This document shows, piece by piece, positions 1 through 12,668 of a DNA stretch of 64,000 nt; positions within the stretch are counted from its first letter, which is position 1, and every line of letters starts with the position of its first letter. Position numbers and translations under genes: made by a program. The DNA comes from Corythoichthys intestinalis (Eukaryota), in contig NC_080410.1 in the NCBI RefSeq assembly GCF_030265065.1, positions 29,890,661 to 29,954,660 on the forward strand. The letters run 5' to 3'. The notes beneath the pieces are model-generated. The model searched no databases and was not told where the DNA came from. It saw only the letters and a program-made list of their open reading frames with translations.

Positions 1-135
1 TAACTTGTTAAACAGTTGCTGTGGCAACTCATTGTGTGAAAGTGAGTAGCTTGAGACAATTTGAGTGGACTCACTCAACTCAAAAATGAAGCATTTAATA
101 AAGACACGCATTTTTTAAAACTTTATTCTTGTTTA

Positions 136-680
136 GTGCTGCAACGATTAATCGATTAACTCAAGTATTCGATTAGGAAAAAAAGATTCAGATTAAATTT
201 TGCTGCTTCGAGTACTTGTTTAATTAAAGCGGGGTTGTAATGGTTTATTTTGAAAGTGTTTGCATTTAGTTTAATTGATTTGGCTGGATACACTGCCCTC
301 TGGTCTGCCTCATTTCACATGGCTGAATCCAGATGCTCCCTGTTAAGACCAACATAAGATTAGTTGTTTGAGCTTGGTTTTTTTAATGCATTTGGAATTT
401 AGTTTTGTTGTAGGAATGTGTGTCCGAACAATTTGTCAAGAAAATTGTAAAAAAAAAAAAAAAAAAAAACACATTAGCATTTTATGGCATTTAAGCTATC
501 TGACTTGCTATGTAAGTTAGCCAATTGTTCTTTTGTTGTAGTACATAAATCCTCATTTATATTTTTGAGGCTCAGCTCAGGTATTTTAATTTTTCATGTT
601 CCTTATCCGATTACTCGATTATTCGAAATAACTAGTTCATCGATTAATCGACTACTAAAATAATAGATAGCTGCAGCCCT
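136..680 (-). mobile_element. MITE copy (TIR GGGCTGCAGCTATCGATTA... / ...TAATCGTTGCAGCAC) inside a jmjd8 intron
   Basis: About 90% identical in reverse orientation to the element at 7308-7835. A partial third copy is at 31404-31490. Confidence 0.7.
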
Positions 681-732
681 ACATGATATCTGCTCCAAAC
701 TTCCCATGCTTGGTGAGAGTCTTGCCTTGAAG

Positions 733-892
733 AGTCCAGTAGTGGTCATTTGCATCGTTGGCACTGTCGTAGACACGTTATACCTGTTCGGTGACACCAA
801 CTGGAGCGAGTGGCACAAACTTCTGGACCTTTACAAGCCGCCCGCCTACCTGCTACCCGGCACTAGCCGGGCTTTAAGCTTCGGAATCGCCG
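733..892 (+). CDS. jmjd8: jmjd8 internal exon (...DTLYLFGDTNWSEWHKLLDLYKPPAYLLPGTSRALSFGIAG); 5' boundary uncertain
   Basis: Translation matches the JMJD8 region preceding the FHWHG motif. GT donor after ATCGCCG at 892. The acceptor was chosen by frame only. Confidence 0.45.
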
Positions 893-975
893 GTAGGTCG
901 ACTTTCCCGGTTGTCCACGGCTCAAAATAGAGGTTCAGTGGCAATGCGCTGACTCATTTTTGTTCTGTTCTTCAG

Positions 976-1043
976 GTCCCGGAACTGGCGTCCCTTTCCA
1001 CTGGCACGGACCGGGGTACTCGGAAGTCATTTACGGGAGAAAG
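976..1043 (+). CDS. jmjd8: jmjd8 exon (PGTGVPFHWHGPGYSEVIYGRK)
   Basis: ttcag acceptor, AAG|gtaggt donor, JmjC iron-binding HWH motif. Near-identical to human JMJD8. Confidence 0.8.
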
Positions 1044-1103
1044 GTAGGTGGAAACCTGCCATTTCCATTCTCAACCGCAACTTAATGGCTTTTCCATTTG
1101 CAG

Positions 1104-1238
1104 CGTTGGTTCTTGTACCCGCCCGACCATGAGCCGCATTTCCACCCTAATGTGAGCACTCTGGCGTGGCTGAGGGACGTCTACCCGAAGCTGCCACAGC
1201 AACAGGCCCCCTTTGAGTGCACCATTCGACCTGGACAG
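1104..1238 (+). CDS. jmjd8: jmjd8 exon (RWFLYPPDHEPHFHPNVSTLAWLRDVYPKLPQQQAPFECTIRPGQ)
   Basis: tttgcag acceptor, CAG|gtaacc donor. Homology to the JMJD8 C-terminal half. Confidence 0.85.
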
Positions 1239-1778
1239 GTAACCGAAGAAAGGACAAAGTCAAACACTTAAACATTATTAGTGTCACATTGTAGTCGTTT
1301 AGTTCACAGTGGTGGATGAAGTACTTTTTTTCCTACTTAAGTACAGATGCAGGTGCAAAATTGCTTATGTAAAAAATACCCAAGTACAAAAGTACTTTAA
1401 AATTTGCAAGTAAAAAATAAAAGTATTTTCTCCCTATGCAAAAATCTAATATATGTACTCAAACAAGAGCTTACCTTATGTTGGTCTTAACAGGGAGCAT
1501 CCATGTTAAATGACTTGTCATATTCGCTGTTACCACTAGAAGGAAGTGTGTCCACCCAAATAGAAAAGACTGCAAATACTTGCAACAAATGATTACGCCA
1601 TTCTAATGACTGTACACGAATACTCGAAGCAGCAAAAATTTGATTCGAACCCCCCCCCCCCAAATCGATTAATCGTACAGAATCTGCATATTTCTTAGCA
1701 CTCGCCAATAATGACAAAAGACGGGGCTGATGAATCGCACTTTTTTTAAATTGTTGCATTTTGTTCCGTCAACTACAG

Positions 1779-1859
1779 GTTCTTTATTTCCCTGACCGCT
1801 GGTGGCACGCCACGCTCAACTTGGACACCAGCGTCTTCATCTCCACCTTCTTAGGATGA
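1779..1859 (+). CDS. jmjd8: jmjd8 terminal coding exon (VLYFPDRWWHATLNLDTSVFISTFLG*)
   Basis: Acceptor aactacag. Ends in TGA at 1857-1859. Matches the JMJD8 C-terminus. Confidence 0.85.
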   Translation, partial: VLYFPDRWWHATLNLDTSVFISTFLG

Positions 1860-1881
1860 AGACAACTTTTCACACTTGTAA

Positions 1882-1887
1882 AATAAA
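1882..1887 (+). terminator. jmjd8: AATAAA polyadenylation signal downstream of jmjd8 stop
   Basis: AATAAA hexamer 23 nt after the stop codon. Confidence 0.45.
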
Positions 1888-2389
1888 ATCTTTAAAACGT
1901 GAAACGACTGTTTGCATTGTGTGTGAATGAGGTGGCACAAGCTTTGGAACAATATAGACTTTTATTAGTTCACTCAATAAGAAATGAAAAGACTCAATGA
2001 CAACTCAACTTGTCAACACAGGAAGTTGTTCTCCCAACAGCTGCTGCAGCTCACCAAAATAAAAGCCCCGGAAGCTGTTTGCTTCAGCATTTGGAGCGTG
2101 CCAACTCAACTTCCCGTTGGCCAAAGAAAAAAAAAAAAACTTGCCGTGTATAAAACCGCAAAAACAAACAAAAAGATGGTATGAAAAAGGGTCAAAGTCC
2201 AAAGCGAGTCCAGGTTTCGGAAAGAAAAAAAGGTCAACAAACGTGGGGTGCTTGGGGAATGTTTCACAATCTTTTATTCGTTTTGAACCATAATGGAAAA
2301 ATAGAACCTTTAACAAACGTCTTCAATTCTCAAGCAAAAATGTTGAGTGAGCCAAAAGCCAAACCAAGTGCAGCCGCTTCCTTTGGCAC

Positions 2390-2600
2390 CCGCCCCTCAA
2401 GTGCTTTCATCGGGCGACGCGTCGTCGGCGGGAGGGGCTCCGTTGTCTGTCCGTTGTCCGTCCGGTCGGAAGAGACGCCAAAGCAACAAGTCCCGATTTT
2501 AGCCCCTCCCCGCCGCCAGGAGGCGGGGCTTTCATTTAAGGGAGGAGTCAGTTGTCCGCAGGCTGTCGGGAGGGGGGGAGAGGGGCAAGAAGACCTCAAA
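2390..2600. other. GC/CpG-rich block in the convergent intergenic region or 3'UTR between jmjd8 and kpnb1
   Basis: GC boxes (CCCCGCCGCC, GGAGGCGGGG). Only unrecognised ORFs overlap it. Confidence 0.3.
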
Positions 2601-2807
2601 GTGGTGATGTCATCATCTCACGCAGACACTCGTCATCGTCGTCGTCGTCATCATTGTCAATCGGGCCGACAACGTCGTCCATTTTGTCCTTAACGTCCAG
2701 ACGTCCAAATGCACACGTGTGTTGCTTGTGTAATGCTGCCGGCTCATCTGACGCAAAACAAACATTTATTAGGATATACAAACTCAAGAGTAGATTTTTG
2801 TTTTAAT

Positions 2808-3001
2808 TTATATGGTGCTTATTTCTGACCAGGCCTGGTTCTTGAGCTTGCGCAGCTCCTTGGTAGCCCAAGTGGCCAAGGTTTTGGTCCGGCTGGTTTT
2901 GGAGCGCCGTCCTTCGGTTAGCATGTCGTTGATTAGCGGTTTAGCTTCCAGCAGTTTAATGATGTCCTTGCCGAACGCCGTCAAGAGGTCGCTGCCGCAT
3001 A
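2808..3001 (-). CDS. kpnb1: kpnb1 terminal coding exon ([60 protein letters not shown])
   Basis: Acceptor tgcggcag. Homology to the KPNB1 C-terminus through ...KLKNQA. The ORF continues 8 further codons to TAA at 2808-2810. Confidence 0.8.
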
Positions 3002-4353
3002 TAGCAACACATGGTCATTTGCAGGAGATGGACTTTTACATTGGCAACTAAACGGGAACTTTTTTTAGGGGGATGGGAATTTTTTTTTTTTTTTTTTAAA
3101 GATTTAATTAGCACATTTGTAAATAATTCATCTTGATAAATCATTTTAATCTCATACTATGGTCACCCGAAAAATATTTACATTCTTATTTATTTTAAAA
3201 ACATTTCAATCTTCTTCTAGTCCGTTTTTTTAAAGCAAAAATTTTAACATATTTTTATTTTTTTTAGTTAATTTAAAACAAATGTTCAAAGCTTTGCTAA
3301 ATTTATTCATTTAAAAAAAATTAAACAATGTTTAAAAAATTTTTCAAAGTACATAAAACATTTAATGGTTTTTAAAATCCTCCAGGTTTTTTAAAATTTC
3401 AAATACCTTTATTCAACTATTAATGTGTACACACAAAAAAAAAAAAAAAAAACGGGACAGCTCTCCCCAACTGTCCTTATAAGCTCTTTAAAGGAGCCAC
3501 TGACATAAGGCTTGTAGGCTCTAATAAGTCACATTTGTTCTCTTTTACTAAAATATGTTATTAGAAAAAAATGTATTATTGCCCTCCATTTATAAATCTA
3601 TAATATTTAGTACATGTTTTGACCTACGGAGGGCGCCATGTTTTGTGCACGCAATGCACGCTGCGGGTGATGACGCGGTTGGGCTGTACTGGGAGAATAG
3701 CTGTGCAAGCAAAGCCAGTATGACGTCTGGCATGATTTTGTCACATTGTGTTGCAGGTCATATTGTTTTGTTACAGAGCTGTGAGATGAGTTCCCGATGT
3801 AATACCTGCATACAAATCCAGCTCATCAGCAGTGTCTTTAAACCAATCCTAGGTGGCTTGCCTAGATATTCACTTGCTGTCATTTGACAGTTTGTATATT
3901 CTTTCTTGCTAGTTGCATCACCGCTTTGTTTTTTCTTTTCTTTCATTTGTCTATCTCTCACCATGGTTTTCCTTTTTTTTTTTCTTTTTAAATTGATGCC
4001 GACCTACTGTCACTGACTCTTTGTGTCTACCTTTTTGTGTGTTCAATAAACCCTTTTACGCAAATTTATGAAATATCAACAGTGCTGTCCTGCTTATCAC
4101 TTTTCCGCTCTGGTTCAAATTGGAAGGGCAGAACCGACGTGTTTATGTAGCTAAAGAGTGACACTTGTAGCTTGGCAGTGACGTCACCTCCCAGAGTGCA
4201 TTGCGTAGTCAACAACAATGGCGATCGACTAGTTAAACTAATTTTTACAAATTTGATTAAAACTAAAACAAAAATGCTCTTTAATATCAAATTATTACAA
4301 CTCATACTCAAATTTATCTTTCAAGAATTACATGTCTTTATCCATGGTAACTA

Positions 4354-4830
4354 GGGTTGTTCCGATCATGTTTTTTTGCTCCTGATCCGATCCCGATCGT
4401 TTTAGTTTGAGTATCTGCCGATCCCGATATTTCCTGATCCAATTGCTTTGTTTTTGCTCCCGATTCAATTCCAATCCTTCCCGATAATTTTTCCCTATCA
4501 TATACATTTTGGCAATGCATTAAGAAAAAAATGAATAAAACCCGGACGAATATATACATTCAACATACATAAGTACTGTATTTGTTTATTATGACAATAA
4601 ATCCTCAAGATGGCATTTACATTATTAACATTCTTTCTGTGAGAGGGATCCACGGATAGAAAGACTTGTAATTCTTAAAGGATAAATGTGACTTTGTATA
4701 TTGCGACTAAATATTGCCATCTAGTGTATTTGTTGAGCTTTCAGTAAATGATACTGCAGCCATTTAACTTCTGCCCAAATGCATGATGGGAAGTGCAACC
4801 ATGTGCGTAGGGCTACCAATTGATATATCT
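4354..4830. repeat. Dispersed repeat (TAGGGTTGTTCCGATC... family), copy A; an adjoining short hAT-like MITE lies at ~4962-5150
   Basis: About 90% identical to 63145-63589. Copy A shows the uninterrupted TA site (ccaattgatatatc) where copy B carries a Tc1 insertion. Confidence 0.6.
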
Positions 4831-5661
4831 TCTCTGCGTTGGGAAAGAACATAGGGTGTTAAGAAAATGATCAACTACTACCTTTCTTCCCCACGTTCCC
4901 ACATTATATTTAATTGCTGAGAGAAGTATTCTAAGGCTTTAGCCACTTAAAAAATGGGACCAAAGGCTGTCAAAATTCTCTCTACTCATTATACATTGCC
5001 TTTAGGCGCTATCTATAGGTAAAACGGCGTCTTTATAGATTGCACGCGACAATGCGCGAGTGGGTCTTGCAGCGCATGCGTTAATTACTTAACATGATTA
5101 ATTAAAAAAAAAATTACTGCCGTTAACGCAATAAATTTGATAGCCCTACTTTAAGCCAAAACTACTCTGGATGAGTGTAAGACATTTTGTCTGTAACGTT
5201 AAATACAATTAGAAAACAAAACAAAACAAAAATAAATAAATAAATAATTTCAAAAGGCATGTCGAATATTTTTTTGCCGATTCCGATACTTTGAAAATGA
5301 CGTGATCGGACCTGATCGATCGGGATGACATCTTTAATTGTAACCTTTATCTTTTACATTAATTAAAAAAGGAGAAAGCTGTTCTCGTTTTGTATATTTC
5401 AAATCATTCCTTTTAATTTTTTTTTTCATTTTAAGTAAAAATTAAATATTGTTATATACTTTTGTTTTATTGTAGGACTTTTGCACACAGAGGACACTAA
5501 GTGTCCAGTTTAACATCCACCATCTTTGAGAGTTTGCGTATCACGCTCTGGAACACATCAAGTGCTGGCCTTTGCCCTTCAATTCTCAAAACAAAAACTA
5601 CAAAATGCCCCAAATTTGCTCATTTAGCAACAGAGAGGTTAGAGTTGTCGTCTGGCCTTAC

Positions 5662-5776
5662 CCGATGAGTCCAGCCGCGTTGCCCACCACCACGTCGGAG
5701 TGTTCGTCATCCTGGGCGATGTGATGGATAAACGACAAGATGAACTCCACCTGAGGTTGCACTAGCAACACGTCCG
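5662..5776 (-). CDS. kpnb1: kpnb1 exon 20 ([39 protein letters not shown])
   Basis: Acceptor gaatcag, donor GG|gtaaggcc. Found 4.3 kb downstream of exon 19 across a repeat-rich intron. Confidence 0.85.
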
Positions 5777-7307
5777 CTGATTCCACAAAAAAAAAAAAAG
5801 ATAATTAGGAGAAGCACACACATGTGCAATCAACACAGACTTGTACGAAATCTAGATCAAGGGTCTCAAATTTGCGGCTCAAGGGTTTTTTGAGGCCAGG
5901 GGGACAATAATTTGGAGCCCACTATTTGACATCAAATGTCAAGAATTTTGTAATGAACAAATTAGAAGTCCTTCCTTTAAATATACTTTAAAAAAAGGCG
6001 TGGCCCACACAAATTTTGCCCTAGGAATTCATTTACAGCACGGGTGTCCAAACCTGTCCTCAAGGGACGCTGTGGGTCCTGGTTTTTGTTCCTACCAATC
6101 GAGCACAGACAGTTTAACCAATGAAGTTTGTGCTAAAACAAGCAGCACCTGACTGCAATCAACTGATTACACTTATGAGACACCAGATTGGAGAAAAGAT
6201 GTCGTCTTGTTTTGTAGGAATGAAATCCAGCACCCACTGCGGCCCTATGTGGAATAGCTTGGACACCACTGATTTACAGTGATCCCTCGTTTTTCGCGGT
6301 TAATGGGGACCAGAACCCGCCGCCGTAAGTGGGAAAACTACGAAGTAGCGCACCCCACCCAAAAATAAAATTGTTCATTCTGTTCATGTATTTATTCAGA
6401 TCGATCATTGAATAGAGATACCTACCTAAAAGACATTTTTTTTACCCTGACCCCCAAGTATAATTTTAAAAAACATGTGGAAAACACAGACGAGGGGGGA
6501 AAATGCACCCTTCTTCAAAATAAACTGCTGTATTTTAAGCCAAAAGAACATGCTGCCATGGCAGTTTCATGATGCATGAAGCCCCCAAACTATTTTTAAT
6601 TTGTCTGTTTTACCCTGGAGACCCCCGTTTATAGACACCGCGCAAACGCTTTTGTTTCAACCCAGCCATAAAAAGTAAGTAATTATATTATTCAAAAGCT
6701 ATCATTTTTATCTTAGAATCATTAAATTGTGTCAAATTCATGTATATAAAAAAAAAAACCCTTAATAAAATTATTCACTTTCATATTCTAAACTTTTTAA
6801 AAAATTACGTCACAATGAAAAAAATACTGTGTTAATTTGTCACGGATATATACCTCATAGCTATCACTTAATTGTATTTTTTTGTTACTGTCGCATTTCC
6901 CCCGATATTTTAAATAATCGGTCCGATCAAAGAAAAATTGGAAAGAAAAAAACAAAGTTTAAAAAGGCGAAACATTTGAAAAAGAAAATCTCGACCACTC
7001 CTTGTTGTCTGCGATTTCTGCATTGCGACCCTTGTTATATTACCGTGTTTCACCCATAAAATTCCCAAAAGGTCCGGCTGTGGCCATTTACAGCTGTGTC
7101 TTTGACACTCAGTGATACATGCTACACAAAGTATTTAGATCGAAATAAGGTATGTATGCGATAATATCTAGTTAAAATCATGGTGTCTTAATTATGCTCT
7201 CTCACACTCTTATTTCAAGCTAGGGTTTAAAACATTTTTTTTTTAAAATGCCCTCCGGTTCAAAATTTTTCTTCCCCCAGAAAATTGAGATTTTAGCTTT
7301 CCAATTA

Positions 7308-7835
7308 GGGCTGCAGCTATCGATTATTTTAGTCGTCGAATAATCGAGTAATCGGTTAAGGAACATGAACAATTAAAATACCTGAGCCGAGCCTCAAACA
7401 GTATAAAAAATAAGGATCTATGTTTAACAAAAAATAATTGAATAACTTACATAGCAAAAGTCTGCGAGCTTAAATGCTATAAAACACAAACTTTTTTTTT
7501 TTTTTAAACAATGCTCTTAACAAATGGTTCAGGCACATATTCCCACCAAAAAATGGCTAAATATACTCAAACTAAATTCTGAATACATTAAAAAAAGCTA
7601 ACTCAAAATAAAACTTCGCTTAGGTTGGTCAACATGGAGCAGCTGGATTCACCCATGTGAAATGAGGCAGACTAGAGGGCAGAGTATCCACTTAAATCAA
7701 TAAAACTGAATGCAAACACTTTCAAAATAAACCATTACAACACCACAATAATCAAACGAATACTCCAATCAGCAAAATTCAAATCTTTTTTTTCCTAATC
7801 AAATACTCGAGTTAATCGATTAATCGTTGCAGCAC
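7308..7835 (+). mobile_element. MITE copy of the same family (GGGCTGCAGC...ATCGATTAATCG)
   Basis: Imperfect TIRs and an internal match to 136-680. Confidence 0.7.
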
Positions 7836-8300
7836 TATTTCCAATGATGTATCACACATGCATATCAGACAATTTTGAAATTTGGCCAAATTGGGGGTCT
7901 CAGAGCGGAACAGTTTTTCGCCATATATATATATTTTAATAAATGTTTTATAAGCACTTTAAATGTAATAATTATGATAAATTTTAAACTTGTTATTGTC
8001 CCACAGAATTGTTTTTAAACAACACAAAAAAACTAGACACCCAATCCATTAAAAAAAAAAAAAAAATGCTTGTGCTTATTAAATGCTTCATTGAGTGTCC
8101 ACTCAAATCCGCACCAGCTGCTCACTTACACACAATGAGTTGCCACAGCAACTGTTTAACAAAAATGATGATTGACGCATAAGGCGCTTTGAAGGTAGAG
8201 TCTCTGGCAAACAAACAGCAAGGAGAGGGTGGGAGGGAGCGAGTGTGAGAGTGCGATTGGCTAGAGGCAGCTCATCTGTATTTTTTTAAATTGGAAAAAC

Positions 8301-9570
8301 TAGGGCTGTCAAAATTATCGCGTAAACGGGCGTTAATTTTTTAAATTAATCACGTTAAAATATTTGACGCAATTAACTAGAGCTGGGAATCTTTGGGCAC
8401 CTAACGATTCGATTACGATTCAGAGGCTCCGATTCGATTATAAAACGATTATTGATGCACCCGCCCTCCTTTTTTATTTATTTATTTATTTTTTAATTTT
8501 TAATTTCTTTTTTTTAAATGTTTTGTACATTAGTTCCAAAATTGTTCAAAAATACTCTCAGGCTAAACCAAACTACTATTTTAGTATCAAGTTAACATAT
8601 AGCAGTAAACAAATATACAAAAATAACTGCAAAAAAAAAAACTCCAGTCCCCATTCTGTATCAGCAGCTTTAAACTACATTCAATTAATTTAATGTTGTG
8701 AATCAACCGTTGTTAAAATTGCTCCCGTTATTCCATAGAAAGTTTTAAAACTATTTTAAAGATAGATTCAAGTCAATATTTTACCGATTTAGGAGTATTT
8801 TTGATAAAAAGTTAATTAGGTTTGCTTGGAAGGTTCGCTACAACAGCCTTGCAGGGAAGTGTACAGCTTTAAGATGGCGGCCGTTTACTAACGCCCGCAT
8901 CTAGCTTTTTGTAGGTGTGCTGCTAACGCTACCGAAGCTATATTGCAACTAGTCCTATATAAATGATATCTACCGTAACATTATGTGGATGTACTTTGTA
9001 GCAGCTTTTTGGCAGCAGTCACGTATGTTGTTGCGTTTTTTTTATCTCGTGGCATGAGTTGAGCATTGGCATTACCCGAGGGGCCGGGTAATGAGAAGCA
9101 TGATGTTTAGCTACTCTCGCTCCGTTCCTCATTGACCGCGCGGCGCGCTGAGTGTGTTGTACTTCCGCTTTACTTGGCATATTTCAATAATCGGAATTTG
9201 GATGTTTGTGAATCGTTCTCGAATCTTCCACGGCTGAATCGCGAATAATCTAAGAATCGGAAATTTTGCACACCTCTAATAACTTGTAACTAACATTTAT
9301 CTTTTATGAACTACAAGTCTTACTATCCGTGGATCACTTAAACAGAAAGAATGTTAATAATGCCATTTGTGGATTTATTGTTATAACAAATACAGCACTT
9401 ATGTACAGTATGTTGTATGTATATATCCGTCTTGTGTCTTATCTTTCCATTCCAACAATAATTTACAGAAAAATATGGCAATTTTAGAGATGGTTTGAAT
9501 TGCGATTAATTACGATTAATTTTTAAGCTTAATTAACTCGATTAAAAATTTTAATCGTTTGACAGCCCTA
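8301..9570. mobile_element. Non-autonomous hAT-like element (TIR TAGGGCTGTCAAA...TTTGACAGCCCTA) flanked by 8-bp TSD GGAAAAAC/GAAAAAAC
   Basis: Terminal inverted repeats and a near-perfect 8-bp TSD. A paralogous empty site is visible at ~19500. Confidence 0.7.
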
Positions 9571-10095
9571 GAAAAAACAAATCCACGATGGTCTAAGGGC
9601 GCGAAGTTTGAAGCGCGAAGTAGCAAGCGATCACTGTATTTTGATTTTTTTTTTTTTTTTTTTAACAACATGTTAGCCAGAGCCAAAGGGTATTTTGCAA
9701 CATGAGTTCCTTTTTTGGGGCGAATACTTGATGCAGGCCCAGACAATTTCCAGCAGAGATAAAATGAGTTTGAGACCCCTGCGCTAGATCAATAGAAAAT
9801 TGTTTGTTCTCATCACATGAAACTTTCCTATTTCTGTTATGTCATGTAATCAATTTAATCTACTCATGAGTCTGACTTAAATGCTTTGGAGTGTTTTTTT
9901 TTGGTTAAATTAGGTTTGTGAGGTCCCGCAAAACCAGCAAGCTGTTTGACGTTTGGCATGTTGCCTGCAGCTTTCTGGGTGAAAAAGACCCCCAATTTCT
10001 CTGTGATGTCATCAAAGCTTCCTGCTGGACTTCAGACAGGAAGCGGAACGGACATCAGCGTGCGTGTGATAGAAAAGAGTAGAAGAGTCTTACGG

Positions 10096-10473
<378 letters not shown>

Positions 10474-10477
10474 TCAC

Positions 10478-10585
10478 CCCGAGGTTCTCCAGGAGGAGCT
10501 GCATGATCTCGTCGCAGTACGGAAGGATGTTGGACGAAAGCGCTCGGCACAGGTCGCTCACCAGACCCACGGTGGCGAGACATAC
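10478..10585 (-). CDS. kpnb1: kpnb1 exon 17 ([36 protein letters not shown])
   Basis: Acceptor tcttgcag, donor GGG|gtgagtgac. Confidence 0.9.
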
Positions 10586-10800
10586 CTGCAAGATGGACAA
10601 GCCGCTTTAAATTGAGTCGTCTCAATGAGAACTCTTGTAAATAGGAGTGGGAACCTCTTGGTACCTCACGATACGCGATACAAAGTTCACGATAATGAGA
10701 TATGGCGATACAACGATTATCTAAATATTGGTCAGGAAATCATTCTAGGATATTCTACAAACAACTTCTGCTGTGAATTGTAATGAGTTTATCACTTGTA

Positions 10801-10896
10801 GACATCCAATCCATTTGAAGTGGGAGGGATGGCAGCGAATGAACATTCGTTCATTCGCTGCCATCCCTCCCACTTCAAATGGATTGGACGTCTATG
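10801..10896. repeat. 96-bp near-perfect palindrome (GACATCCAATCCATTTGAAGTGGGAGGGATGGCAGCGAATGAAC|GTTCATTCGCTGCCATCCCTCCCACTTCAAATGGATTGGACGTC)
   Basis: Self-complementary about its centre. Shares the GGATTGGACGTCTA motif with copies at ~16800, 29640, 30320, 37770, 52740 and 53010. Confidence 0.8.
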
Positions 10897-12039
10897 GCCG
10901 GTAGTGGCAGCCAATGCCAGGCAATGAGGTAATTTTGGGCCATTTAAGGTCATTTTCCTGTTGATTTTGGGGTATTTCATGGGTCACTTCATGTTTGAGT
11001 TACAGAACAGGAAGTGACCAGGGAATCACCTGAATCAATGGGCAGTGACTCAAACTCAACAGGAGATGACCTGTAAATGCCCCAAAATGAACAGCAAGTG
11101 AGCTAAAAATCGGACAGAATAACTGTAAATGCTCTGATTTCGAATGAACAAACGTTCACAGTCTAAATGATTGGGCGTCGAGCACCATCAGTGCAGCCTT
11201 ATAGTTAACAGACACTATTATGGTGGAAGATTTTGGTAGCAACTTATTGGTTCCCTTTTTTTTTAAAACAGACACCTTTTTAAAACGATATTTCGATTCT
11301 TGGCAGGAGCATTTCGATAACCTTTTGGGATACAAAGTATCACGATATATCACCATTTCGACATTTTGTTACACCCCTACTTGGAACAAACCAATTGTTA
11401 AAAATTTAATAAAAAATAAGTGGGACCCGTGTGCATTTTGCTCAGGCAATTTTGTTTTAGAAAGCTTGTGACCTCACATAAGCCCCTTTCATACTTATAT
11501 CCCGGTAAATTCCCGTGTAAGGTGACACGGGATTTAGCCGTGTCATGGTTTTCATACATGGGGAAATGTCCCGGGAACAAACCGGGTTGTGTGAAAGTGG
11601 CTTGATTTATCCCATGGTGCGGGGAGGGCGGCTGGCGCAATTTTAGAACCCGGACATCATTTTTGGTCAGCATTTGCAGTCACATTCTCTTGGTCAAATC
11701 ATGTTTTGTTAGAGTGTAGGGGCATTCCCAACGTCGTACTTGCAGCCAATTCAAGCTCAAACTCATTTGCTCCCAAAAACGTATAAATACGTTCTATTTT
11801 TGATTGTTTCAGTGTCCCAGAGACGTATTTATACGTCTTTTACGGGGTTTTTTTTCCACAAGAGACATCTCTGGGTTCTGATTCAATTTAGTTCCAAAGC
11901 ACAAAGCTGAAAATCCATTTTAAAGCAATTAAACAGGCCACTGGAGGGCAGTAGCGCATTTGGTAAGACCCCCAACTTGACTCAATGGCAATGAACGGCC
12001 GGGCCGCACAGCCGGGGCGCTGGCGGAAGACGACCGAAT

Positions 12040-12160
12040 GAACGTCCAGGATGCCAGGCGGTGGACAACCGAGCAGAACAACCGGTAGGATGCCTGGGAT
12101 GCCAGGCGCTGGACGACTGAGCAGAACGACCGGGACCACCAGTGCAGCGGTCCGTGCTGC
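12040..12160. repeat. Minisatellite, ~2 units of ~57 bp (GGATGCCAGGCGGTGGACAACCGAGCAGAACAACCGG...)
   Basis: Tandem duplication with a few substitutions. Confidence 0.6.
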
Positions 12161-12586
12161 TCGCGAGCAGAGCCCGCAGAGACTCAAAAAAATTCATCTT
12201 TATGAGACAGGCGGAGATGAGGGAAAGGTTTACCCGGCTGTCGCGGCCACAGCAGCGTCATCTCTCAGTTATGTGTAAATAAATTGCTACTTTGCTATCA
12301 AAACCTCTATTTGTCTTGTTGTTATTTTGTACAAGGAAAACATTAATTCAGATGTTTGGGATGTAACTAAAGCAAAAAATAGCTGTGTTAAAGTCGAAGT
12401 TATGTTTGAAATGTATGCTTTCACAAAAAGCTCAATTTATCTTTTTTCATCAGAAATTGGAAAATTGCTCAAACTAGGCTATTTTCTAATGCTGATTTCT
12501 AAAGAATTGAAAAAGATATGAACTTTTTTTTCCTGCTCAAAGAAGAGAGTCTAATCGTTCTTTTGGCGGGTGTTTGTGTTTATATA

Positions 12587-12668
12587 CAGTGGGGAGAACA
12601 AGTATTTGATACACTGCCAATGGGTTTTCCCATTGACAGTGTATCAAATACTTGTTCTCCCCACTGTA
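12587..12668. repeat. 82-bp hairpin made of two back-to-back Tc1-like TIRs (TACAGTGGGGAGAACAAGTATTTGATACACTG)
   Basis: Near-perfect palindrome. Confidence 0.8.

Noticed and set aside
2181-2693. 170-aa plus-strand ORF in the jmjd8-kpnb1 gap
   Set aside because: It has no recognisable domain or splice context. The ORF is an expected by-product of GC-rich sequence.
5490-5580. Candidate kpnb1 terminal exon (GQRPALDVFQSVIRKLSKMVDVKLDT*) directly after exon 20
   Set aside because: Homology to KPNB1 is weak and it terminates prematurely. The exon at 2808-3001 encodes the conserved C-terminus (DLLTAFGKD...[10 protein letters not shown]) with correct phase, so that was adopted instead.
10030-10080. 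In-frame PDV tripeptide just downstream of kpnb1 exon 19 suggesting read-through
   Set aside because: There is no AG acceptor and no further homology. The true PDV(L)LVQP exon is at 5662-5776.
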